Source: an uncultured Victivallales bacterium
GTDB lineage: Bacteria; Verrucomicrobiota; Kiritimatiellia; UBA8416
Length of the DNA stretch: 64,000 nt
Direction: 5' to 3'
NCBI GenBank assembly: GCA_964497125.1
Contig: CAZCDU010000007.1
Span: forward strand, 5,503 to 69,502
The notes below the pieces were generated by a model. That model ran no database searches. It was not told where the DNA came from and worked only from the letters and a program-made list of their open reading frames with translations. Positions 17,187 to 25,915 of the stretch are shown here, piece after piece. Both the position numbers and the translations under genes were made by a program. Positions within the stretch are counted from its first letter, which is position 1; the number at the start of each line of letters is the position of its first letter.

Positions 17187-18409
17187 TGTTCAAAGTTCGG
17201 GTTGCAGTAGTTCTGGGGTTGGTCGCTCTGAGTGGTTGTGTGAGTCTGCCAAGAGGTGGGAGCAGAATAACGTTTCAGGATGATGTCGAGTTCTTAAGAA
17301 AGCACATTGATGTCGTCGTGCTTTCGGATAAGACCGCACGCAGCCAGGTGGCCGTTGCCCCGTCGTTGCAGGGGCGGGTGATGACAAGTACGGCGAACGG
17401 CGGATCCGGGGATAGCTACGGCTGGATCAACCGCGAACTGATCGCATCCGGCGAGACGGTAGAGCATATCAATGTCTATGGTGGGGAAGACCGGTTCTGG
17501 ATTGGCCCTGAGGGTGGGCAATTCTCAATCTTCTTTGCCAAGGGGGTTCCCTTCGACCTGGAGCACTGGTTCACACCGGCGCCGATTGACACGGAACCGT
17601 TTGGATTGGTGTCGCAGGATGGTCGCAAGCTCACGCTCTGCAAGAACATGGAGTTGAAGAACTACTCGGGAACGGAATTCTCGCTTCGCGTTGATCGGGA
17701 AGTACGCGTGCTGGAGCAGTCTGAGATTGCCAAAGCGTTGGGGATTGAGCCGACCCCGGAAGTCCGAAGCGTCGGTTTCGAGTCACGCAACTCCATGATG
17801 AACAGCGGTACCGTCCCCTGGAGTCGGGAGACAGGACTGCTTTCGATTTGGATCCTGGGAATGTTCAACCCGTCGCCTTCCACGACCGTTGTTGTGCCGT
17901 TCGTGACCGGGGATGAGAAGCTCCTTGGGCCCATCGTGAACGACGCCTATTTCGGTAAGGTCCCTGCAGAACGGCTCGTCGTTGGTGACGGAGTGATGTA
18001 CTTCAGCGGGGATGGTCAGTATCGGAGCAAGATCGGCCTTCTACCGCAGCGCGCAAAGCCGGTGGTTGGCAGCTATGACGCCCAGCAGAAGGTCTTGACG
18101 CTGGTGCAGTACAACAAGCCAAACGGGACACGGGACTACGTGAACTCAATGTGGGAATTGCAGGAAGAGCCTTATCGTGGTGACGTTGTGAATTCCTACA
18201 ATGATGGTCCTCCGGACCCCGAGTCGGAACCTCTCGGGCCGTTCTATGAATTGGAGACGTCATCGCCGGCCGCCAAACTCGGTGTCGGTGGGAGCATGAC
18301 GCATATTCATCGCACGATCCACCTGACGGGCCCCGAGGCCGCTCTGGATCCCATTGCGCGCAAGTTGCTCGGCGTGGGTATTGATGACATCAAAACCGCG
18401 CTTCGTTAG
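17187..18409 (+). CDS. lipoprotein of unknown function (lipobox ALSGC)
   Basis: GGAGGAG RBS. Signal peptide with lipobox. 407 aa with no recognisable catalytic motif. Immediately downstream of eboE on the same strand. Confidence 0.55.
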
Positions 18410-18478
18410 GGGGCTGCTCTGGGTGCCTCGGGGAATAGCTCAGCCGCCACACATCTGAGAAGCGGCATTGTCGCTCTC

Positions 18479-19351
18479 GTGGGTTGTGCCAACGTGGGCA
18501 AGTCCTCCCTGCTGAACCGCATTCTGCAGGACAAGGTCAGTATTGTCAGCAATGTGGCGCAGACGACGCGTAACATGGTCCGCGGCATCCACAGTGATGA
18601 ACGCGGTCAGCTTGTCTTTCTCGATACTCCCGGTGTCCACAAGGCCTCCTACGACCTCGGTCGGATCATGAACCGTGCGGCCCGGGCCTCAATCTCCGGG
18701 TCGGACGTGGCTTTGCTCGTCCTGGATCCCTCCACGCATGTGTGGGACGAGGCCGAAGGCTGGATGCGCAAGCTCCTGCGGGCCGAGGACAATCATGTTG
18801 TCTTCGTGTTGAACAAGCATGACCTGGCGTGGCGATTTGAGCAGGACTATCGTGACTGCTGGCAACGCGTTTGTGAAGAGGCGGGCATGACGCGTCCCGT
18901 CGTCTGGATGACAGTCTCGGCCCAAACCGGCGAAGGGGTGGAAGACCTGCTGGCGTTGCTTTTCGATGCCGTGCCGTGTGGCCCCCCTCTCTTCCCTGAA
19001 GACATGCTGACTGATTTTCCGCGTAAGATCGCTATTGCCGATGTCGTCCGCGAGAAATACTTCAAGGTGTTGCGGGATGAAGTGCCGCATGACTTGGCCG
19101 TTCGCGTCGGGGATATTCGGGAAGAAGGCAACCACTGGACAATTGAAGCTGACATTCTCGTGAACCGTCCGTCCCAGAAGGGCATCGTGATTGGCCACAA
19201 GGGACGGTTGCTTCGCAAAGTTAAACGAGAAGCAACTCTGGATATTGAAGGAATGTACGATTGTGAGCTCGACCTTGCATTGTGGGTTAAGGTCGAGAAG
19301 AACTGGACGAAGAACCACTGGATTCTGAAACAGTTGGGATATGTTGAGTAG
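18479..19351 (+). CDS. era: GTPase Era (5' end unresolved: conserved N-terminal residues lie upstream of any canonical start codon)
   Basis: G1 GCANVGKSS, G2 TTR, G3 DTPG, G4 NKHD and the C-terminal KH domain. The frame is open back to the TAG at 18407 and encodes SGIVALVG (conserved Era beta-1 strand), but carries no ATG/GTG/TTG. Confidence 0.85.
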   Translation: MGCANVGKSSLLNRILQDKVSIVSNVAQTTRNMVRGIHSDERGQLVFLDTPGVHKASYDLGRIMNRAARASISGSDVALLVLDPSTHVWDEAEGWMRKLLRAEDNHVVFVLNKHDLAWRFEQDYRDCWQRVCEEAGMTRPVVWMTVSAQTGEGVEDLLALLFDAVPCGPPLFPEDMLTDFPRKIAIADVVREKYFKVLRDEVPHDLAVRVGDIREEGNHWTIEADILVNRPSQKGIVIGHKGRLLRKVKREATLDIEGMYDCELDLALWVKVEKNWTKNHWILKQLGYVE

Positions 19352-19365
19352 AGGCTGAAGCAGGT

Positions 19366-20754
19366 ATGACGTTAGCAGAGCTGATTTCGACGATTGATGG
19401 CTATGTTTGGGGGGTGCCGCTGATGGTGCTCCTGGTCGGGACTGGGGTGTACCTTACAGTCAGGATGCGCCTGGTTCAGTTTCGTGGGTTCGCCCATGCC
19501 ATCCGTGTTCTGCGAGGGGGGTACGATTCCGAGGGGGACAAAGGGGAGATCTCCCATTTCCAGGCACTGTCGGCCGCGCTGTCGGCCACGATTGGTACAG
19601 GCAATATCGTCGGTGTGGCGGCCGCCATCCTGGCCGGCGGGCCGGGGGCGGCTTTTTGGATGTGGGTCACGGCGTTAGTCGGCATGGCCACCAAGTTCAC
19701 GTCCTGTACGTTGGCCGTTCATTTCCGCCGCATCGACGAGCACGGGGAAGCCCACGGTGGCCCGATGCACTTCATCGAGCTCGGCATGGGCCGGCGGTTC
19801 AAGTGGCTGGCGGTCTTGTTCGCTTTCTTCACGGTCACGGCGAGTTTCGGTATTGGGAATATGTTCCAGATCAATAACTGTGCTGTGAGTCTAAATGCCC
19901 TGGTGCGGCCTGGATCGGAGCCGACACCGGGATTCAGTTTGTTGGTCGGTGTGGTTGTAGCCGTGCTCGTCGCCTGCGTGATCCTCGGTGGGATCAAGCG
20001 AATCGGACGTTTTGCATCCGAGCTCGTTCCCGTGATGTGTTTCATCTACGTGGCCGGCGCTCTCTATGTTCTGATCCGCAATGCACCTGCGATTCCCGGT
20101 GCATTCAACACGATCTTCTACCATGCGTTCCACAAGCCAGAGGCGCTTGCCGGTGGCCTGCTTGGTACCGTGATCCGGTCCGGCGTGGCGCGCGGTCTCT
20201 TCTCCAACGAGGCCGGCATGGGATCGGCCGCCATGATGTTCGGTGCGGCTCGGACAAAGGAGCCCGTGCGCGAGGGGCTCGTGGCCATGCTGGGACCCTT
20301 TGTTGATACCATTGTGATCTGCACCATGACGGCGCTGGTGATTGTTACAACGGGAGCCTACGAGGTCTGTTCCATCAAGGGCGAGTTGACAGGGAGAGCG
20401 TTTGAGCTTGGGATGGGGCATCCCATTGGCGCCAGGATCGTTTCTGTCGGGGTGATTCTGTTCTCATTCTCGACCCTGGTTTCCTGGTCCTACTACGGTG
20501 ACCGCGCCGCCGACTATCTCTTCGGGCGCCGTGCCGTGTTGCCCTATCGCCTTATCTATATCGGGTTCGTCGTACTCGGAGCCGTTGTTAGTATTGGAAC
20601 CATCATCGACTTCTGCGATGCGATGAACGGCTTGATGGCGGTGCCAAACCTGGTTGCTCTCATCGTGCTTTCACCGTTGGTGGCCAAGCTGACGCGGGAT
20701 TACTTCAAGCGCATGCGTTCCGCCGGTGCTCAAAAGTCTGCTGCAGATAGTTGA
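19366..20754 (+). CDS. alanine/glycine:cation symporter (AGCS family)
   Basis: AGCS hallmark N-terminus (GVPLMVLLVGTGVYLT...FQALSAALSATIGTGNIVGVA). About 11 TM segments. Confidence 0.8.
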   Translation: MTLAELISTIDGYVWGVPLMVLLVGTGVYLTVRMRLVQFRGFAHAIRVLRGGYDSEGDKGEISHFQALSAALSATIGTGNIVGVAAAILAGGPGAAFWMWVTALVGMATKFTSCTLAVHFRRIDEHGEAHGGPMHFIELGMGRRFKWLAVLFAFFTVTASFGIGNMFQINNCAVSLNALVRPGSEPTPGFSLLVGVVVAVLVACVILGGIKRIGRFASELVPVMCFIYVAGALYVLIRNAPAIPGAFNTIFYHAFHKPEALAGGLLGTVIRSGVARGLFSNEAGMGSAAMMFGAARTKEPVREGLVAMLGPFVDTIVICTMTALVIVTTGAYEVCSIKGELTGRAFELGMGHPIGARIVSVGVILFSFSTLVSWSYYGDRAADYLFGRRAVLPYRLIYIGFVVLGAVVSIGTIIDFCDAMNGLMAVPNLVALIVLSPLVAKLTRDYFKRMRSAGAQKSAADS

Positions 20755-20800
20755 CGAATGCCACAGACCCCGTATACTTTTTGTCAAGGGACAGAAGTAT

Positions 20801-22147
20801 ATGGAACCCGAAGATCCTAAAACACTATTGCGCGCATACTGGCGTGAGCAATCCGAGCGGACGCTCCCAGTTGGAAAGCTGACGGGCTGGCTCGGGGTCA
20901 CAACGCTTCCCGCCTTCATGATCCAAGACATCTTCTTTGTACAGACGGGCTGGGCAACCCTGTTTCGCCTGTTGGGAATCGCGGCATCGATCCTCTTTCT
21001 CGTGAAGGCGCACACAACGTTCCGACATGATGTCAGGAAGGTTATCCACTATCACTCGCTGGTTCTTGTCATGCTCATGGTGCAGATCTGCGGGTTAACC
21101 TATGTTCTGTGGCGAAACGGTTCTGCGACCTCCCATTACGAGGTCGGCACAACGCAAGGCATCACGGTCGTGACGCTTGTTGTCTTCCTGCTTGCGAAAG
21201 GTGCGCGGCGGTTCCTGCCGCTCATTACGGGCATACCCTTTGGCATTCTCGCAATCCTAATGCTGACAACCGCTAACCGACCTCTTGGGGATTTGGCGCT
21301 GTTCACGAATCCCGGGATTGTCGTGGTTGTTGTGGCTCTGTATTCCCGGTCACGCGAGAAGGTCACCTTTTCGGAGTTTTCGATGCGCCGGCTAGCGTCG
21401 CGTCACGAAGAAGAACTTGAGCTGTCTGCGAAGAGGCTGGCCCGCACGAACGCGGAGCTGCGTGGGTTTGCCTACACGGCATCGCATGATCTACAGCAGC
21501 CGTTGCGGTCGATCTCCGGTTTTCTTGACCTGATCCGTGACGAGCTGAGCGGCGCGGGTGTGTTGAAGGATACCGTTGCGGACCACTTCTCACGGGTGAC
21601 GGGCGCTGCACAGCGGATGTCCGAGCTTGTCGACGCCCTGTTGGCCTATTCGCGAGCGACTTCGCGCGATGCCGTATTCGTCAATGTGGACCTGGACCAG
21701 GTCTTGGATGACGTGAAGAGCGATTTGAGTTCAGCGATTCAGAGTTCTAACGCGACGATTGATAGCACGCCGCTGCCCCAGGTGCGGGGCGATATCCATC
21801 AGCTTGCATCTGTTCTGCAGAATCTCATCACGAATTCGATTAAATATGCGAAAGACGATGAAGCGCCGCTTATCCGAATCAGGGCTATCGATGAAGAGGA
21901 TTCTGTCCGCATTTCGATTACCGATAACGGAATTGGATTCGACCCTGAGAATGCCTCTGCTCTCTTCGAGGCCTTCAAACGGCTGCACAAATCGGGAGAG
22001 TTTGAGGGTGTTGGGCTTGGGTTGGCAATATGCCGCAAGTATGTCGAGGGCCATGGGGGAGAGATTGGGGCGACCGGGGAGCCGGGGCTGGGGGCCACGT
22101 TCTGGTTCACACTTGCCAAAGATCCTGACGGTGCCGGTCAAGGTTGA
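20801..22147 (+). CDS. membrane sensor histidine kinase (paralog 1)
   Basis: About 6 TM helices at the N-terminus. H-box ASHDLQQPLRSISGF. HATPase_c N/G1/G2 boxes. The start overlaps the transporter stop region; 20726 is an alternative start. Confidence 0.7.
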   Translation: MEPEDPKTLLRAYWREQSERTLPVGKLTGWLGVTTLPAFMIQDIFFVQTGWATLFRLLGIAASILFLVKAHTTFRHDVRKVIHYHSLVLVMLMVQICGLTYVLWRNGSATSHYEVGTTQGITVVTLVVFLLAKGARRFLPLITGIPFGILAILMLTTANRPLGDLALFTNPGIVVVVVALYSRSREKVTFSEFSMRRLASRHEEELELSAKRLARTNAELRGFAYTASHDLQQPLRSISGFLDLIRDELSGAGVLKDTVADHFSRVTGAAQRMSELVDALLAYSRATSRDAVFVNVDLDQVLDDVKSDLSSAIQSSNATIDSTPLPQVRGDIHQLASVLQNLITNSIKYAKDDEAPLIRIRAIDEEDSVRISITDNGIGFDPENASALFEAFKRLHKSGEFEGVGLGLAICRKYVEGHGGEIGATGEPGLGATFWFTLAKDPDGAGQG

Positions 22148-22224
22148 GCCGGTGGTTCGCCTGATACGCTCCCTCAATGATGTTTCTGTGGGGAGGACTC
22201 GTGTCTATTCCATTGCTGTATTCC

Positions 22225-23604
22225 ATGAACGCGGGAGGCTCGATACTCGATGGCGCTACCGGTGAAGAACGGGAAGCCCTTCTGATCGCGTATCGCAGTG
22301 AGCAGGCGGCGCAGACGCTTTCCATTACGCGATTCAGCGCATGGGTTGGCATCCCCGCTATACTTTTCCTGATGTTGCAGGATACCTTTGTTACACGCAT
22401 CGGGTGGATTTCTCTACTTCGCCTGATTGGGCTTGTCCCGTGCTTCTTCGTCCTCGTCAAGGCGTATACCGTTTTTGAACGCGACACGACGACTGTGATT
22501 CGTGACCACTGTATCATGCTCTCTCTCGTCATGACGCAGATCTGCCTCATATCTTACGTGTTGTGGCGTCTTGATCCCGAAGGCATCAACTATCAGCAGG
22601 GGACGACACACGGCATCACAACAGCGATTCTTGTCGCGTTCCTGGTAATTGGCGGCGGACGGCGATTCCTCCTTCTGGTCCTGGGCATTCCCTTTCTCAT
22701 CCTGACGATCTTGCTGTTGACAGCTTCCGGTAGGGAATTGGCGGATCTCTCGCTATTCGTTATTCCCGCGGTGACTCTCGGCACGCTGTCGATTTACTCG
22801 GCATCGCGCGAAGACGTCGTCTTTTCTGAGTTTGCCATGCGCCGACTTGCTGCCCGGCAGGAGGAAAAGCTCAAGAGGTCCGCTGAAGCGCTATCGCGCA
22901 CCAACGCTGAGCTGCGCGGGTTTGCCCATACCGCCTCGCATGATCTGAAACAACCGCTCCTGTCGATTTCCGGATTCCTGGACATCATCCACCATGAGTT
23001 GGGCCAGGAAGGGCTGCTGAAGGACAGCATCGCCGACTTCTTTGGGCGGGTACAGGGGGCGGCACACCGAATGTCTGAGCTCATTGATTCCATGTTGGTC
23101 TATTCCCGTGCAACATCACGTGAAACGGTGTTCTCTATAGTGGATCTGAACCAGCTCCTGGATGCTGTGAAGGATGATCTGCACTCAGCCATTCAGAACT
23201 CTGGTGCCACGATCGAGAGCACACCACTTCCCAACGTGCATGGCGACTTCTCCCAGCTCGCATGCGTTCTTCAGAATCTCATCGCAAACTCGATTAAATA
23301 CGCGAAAGCGGGTGAAGCGCCATTGATCCGGATTAGCGCCAGTGATGAGGAGAACGTTGTCCGCATCGTGATCACCGACAACGGGATCGGCTTTGATCCC
23401 GGGTATGCCTCTGCACTTTTCGATGCCTTCCGAAGATTGCACGAGGCGGGCGACCATGAGGGGGTCGGGCTTGGACTGGCAATATGCCGTAAGTACATCG
23501 AACGTCATGGCGGAGAGATTGGGGCAACCGGCGAGCCGGGGGTGGGAGCCACGTTCTGGTTCACGGTCGCCAAGCAGTCGGCCTGCAGCACGGAGTCGGG
23601 CTAG
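22225..23604 (+). CDS. membrane sensor histidine kinase (paralog 2, tandem duplicate of 20801-22147)
   Basis: Same architecture as paralog 1 and collinear with it along its full length (e.g. ASHDLKQPLLSISGF). Confidence 0.7.
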   Translation: MNAGGSILDGATGEEREALLIAYRSEQAAQTLSITRFSAWVGIPAILFLMLQDTFVTRIGWISLLRLIGLVPCFFVLVKAYTVFERDTTTVIRDHCIMLSLVMTQICLISYVLWRLDPEGINYQQGTTHGITTAILVAFLVIGGGRRFLLLVLGIPFLILTILLLTASGRELADLSLFVIPAVTLGTLSIYSASREDVVFSEFAMRRLAARQEEKLKRSAEALSRTNAELRGFAHTASHDLKQPLLSISGFLDIIHHELGQEGLLKDSIADFFGRVQGAAHRMSELIDSMLVYSRATSRETVFSIVDLNQLLDAVKDDLHSAIQNSGATIESTPLPNVHGDFSQLACVLQNLIANSIKYAKAGEAPLIRISASDEENVVRIVITDNGIGFDPGYASALFDAFRRLHEAGDHEGVGLGLAICRKYIERHGGEIGATGEPGVGATFWFTVAKQSACSTESG

Positions 23605-25817
23605 GCCCAGTCGCGAGGGTAGTTGAATGTACTCGTCGACGCCTCGCCCCACGCGGCGTGTGTGAGATCGACGAAGCGGTGGGAGCCTGGCGTGGGTTGA
23701 ACTTCGAAGGCTTTGTCCGGGAGTATAATGGTGGTGTCTTCGCCGTGCTCTACCATGAACCTGGCGCCCCGTGCATCTCGGATCTCTCCGGTTGCAGGAA
23801 TCTCCATACGCGTTGAGAGCAGAGGTAGTCGCGCATAGATGAGCTGCTCCCCGGCATTGCCAACTTGGTTCAGCAGGTCATTGGCCGATTCTGCCTCGAG
23901 CTCAACCCAAGCCGTTGCACGTGTGACCGCGTAGGGACGCAATGCTTTGCAGGCCGCGCTGTTACAGACGGGTAGGGGATAGGACACCGCGATCTCGATA
24001 TTCTCCAGTCCTCGAAGGAGTTCAATCCCGTAGAGTGAAGTGACTCGGAATCGCTTGATTCCTGTCGCCGCTGCATGTTCAACGTGCCGGCGAAGCTGGG
24101 GGAGCTTCGCCTCGGGACAGAACTCGGGGAGGACTGCTTCTGCCGTGTCCGGGGTGATTGCATCTACAGCATGAGCGACGATGGCGCCGGGAATGGGAGA
24201 GGGGATCGCATCCCTGAGGAGGACGGTAGTCTCCTCGTTACCGGGGGATAGCGGCGTTGGGGAATCGAGAATGTCCAAGGCTACTTCTGCCAAACGGGCT
24301 CCGTAGGCAGACCGAAGCTGTTCAACGGAAACACGAGCGCTGAACCACTCCCAGAACTCACGGCGGAGTTGCTTCAGTTGGCTTGGCGGAAAGAAGATCC
24401 CGGGAGTGACCTTGCAGCGGATTGAGCCGGTCACGAACGCCGGCGTGCGCGTACGGGAGAACTCAGCTTCGACGGCCACGGCCTCGAGTGGACGTTTCTG
24501 AGCCGGCTGAGTCTCAATTGGTTGTTCCCAACTCTGTGCAAGGAGCGGCATGTCGACTCTGAGGGCCTCTGCCGTTATGGCTATGCTCAGATCTACGGCT
24601 GTGCCCTGGACGGGCAGGTTCTCAACGCGCTTATCCAGGCTGGCGCTGTGAGCCGCCGTTTTGAAGATGCGGGAGCCGGAAACGACGGGCTTATCGAACG
24701 CGATCCAGCAGGTCTGGCCCGCTGATGCCTTCCGGCAGTTCTGTTGATCGACCATCAGCCGCGTGACAACCATGCGAGGGCCTTCATCCCCGGACGGTGG
24801 CTGGACGCGAATGCTGTCGTTGAGATGCAAATTGCCGCTCAGCTTGGCCGAGAATCCGTTCTTCCTTGCCTGAGCAACCGTGCCAATTAGTCGGCCGGAG
24901 GTCCCCATGGAACGATGCTGGATGGTCTCGGCAAAATCTGCTTCGGTGCGGAAAGGCTTTGTCCATTTGCGCCCGAGGGCCTGCGCCAGGATACGCTTGG
25001 CTTCGGGTAGTGTCTTGGCCCGATCTTCCGGGGGGGCATCCAGCATAAGCCGATAGGCCGAGACCACGTTGTGGATGTAGTCCGGTTGGCGCATGCGGCC
25101 TTCGATCTTGAGACTTGAGATTCCCATGTCGACCAGGCGGGGGAGGTCCTCGAGCGCATAGAGGTCTTTTGGTGAGAAGAAGAAACCATTGCCTTCATCG
25201 GCGAAGTAGCGGCGCCGACAGGGCTGTTTGCAGCGCCCGCGATTGCCGCTCCAGCCGCCCATCCAGGAGGAGAAGAGGCATGACCCCGACTGTCCACAGC
25301 AGAGCGCCCCGTGGATGAAGACCTCCAGCTCGACATCCGTTTGCTTCCGAATGGCATCGATTTCGTCATAGGTGACCTGGCGTTCCAGGATCACGCGGCT
25401 GATGCCCATCTCTGCCGCCATGCGGACCCCGGCGCTGTTATGGACTCCCATTTGGGTAGAGGCATGTACCGTGAGCTCAGGGAAATGGGTGCGGAGCAGG
25501 TAGAGGACGCCCAGGTCCTGCACGATGATGGCGTCCGGGCGCACGGAGAGAAGCTCAACCAGCAGTTCCACGACTTCGGACAGCTCGGACTGCTTGATCA
25601 GCGTGTTCAAGGTGACGTAGACCTTGCTGCCGTGGCGATGGGCGTAGGCGATGAGCTTGCCCAGCTCCTCCAGCGTGCAGTTCTGGCCCCGCTCCCGGGC
25701 ATTGAATCGTGGCAGCCCCACATAGATGGCATCGGCACCAGCATCCAGTGCCGTGATGCCTGCATCAATGCTCCCCGCCGGTGCGAGAAGCTCTGGCTTT
25801 GATTTGCCTTCTCTCAT
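23601..25817 (-). CDS. peptidase U32 family protein, long form (RlhA/YegQ-like), 738 aa
   Basis: U32 core (YVGLPRFNAR...ELGVLYLL, Cys-rich CCGQSGSCLFSSWMGGWSGNRGRCKQPCRRRY). About 300-aa C-terminal extension. Confidence 0.65.
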   Translation of the reverse strand: MREGKSKPELLAPAGSIDAGITALDAGADAIYVGLPRFNARERGQNCTLEELGKLIAYAHRHGSKVYVTLNTLIKQSELSEVVELLVELLSVRPDAIIVQDLGVLYLLRTHFPELTVHASTQMGVHNSAGVRMAAEMGISRVILERQVTYDEIDAIRKQTDVELEVFIHGALCCGQSGSCLFSSWMGGWSGNRGRCKQPCRRRYFADEGNGFFFSPKDLYALEDLPRLVDMGISSLKIEGRMRQPDYIHNVVSAYRLMLDAPPEDRAKTLPEAKRILAQALGRKWTKPFRTEADFAETIQHRSMGTSGRLIGTVAQARKNGFSAKLSGNLHLNDSIRVQPPSGDEGPRMVVTRLMVDQQNCRKASAGQTCWIAFDKPVVSGSRIFKTAAHSASLDKRVENLPVQGTAVDLSIAITAEALRVDMPLLAQSWEQPIETQPAQKRPLEAVAVEAEFSRTRTPAFVTGSIRCKVTPGIFFPPSQLKQLRREFWEWFSARVSVEQLRSAYGARLAEVALDILDSPTPLSPGNEETTVLLRDAIPSPIPGAIVAHAVDAITPDTAEAVLPEFCPEAKLPQLRRHVEHAAATGIKRFRVTSLYGIELLRGLENIEIAVSYPLPVCNSAACKALRPYAVTRATAWVELEAESANDLLNQVGNAGEQLIYARLPLLSTRMEIPATGEIRDARGARFMVEHGEDTTIILPDKAFEVQPTPGSHRFVDLTHAAWGEASTSTFNYPRDWA

Positions 25818-25915
25818 TCGGGAAATCTACGTTGGCGCGTGCTCATTGTCGAGACCCTCCACACTTGACAGAAGCGATCATGAACTTGAGACTCTCTGCC
25901 CATAAGGGGGATGAA

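Noticed and set aside
25866-25900. TTGACA -35-like box upstream of the P-type ATPase gene
   Set aside because: The best -10 candidate 17 nt downstream (GAGACT) is too weak to call a promoter with confidence.
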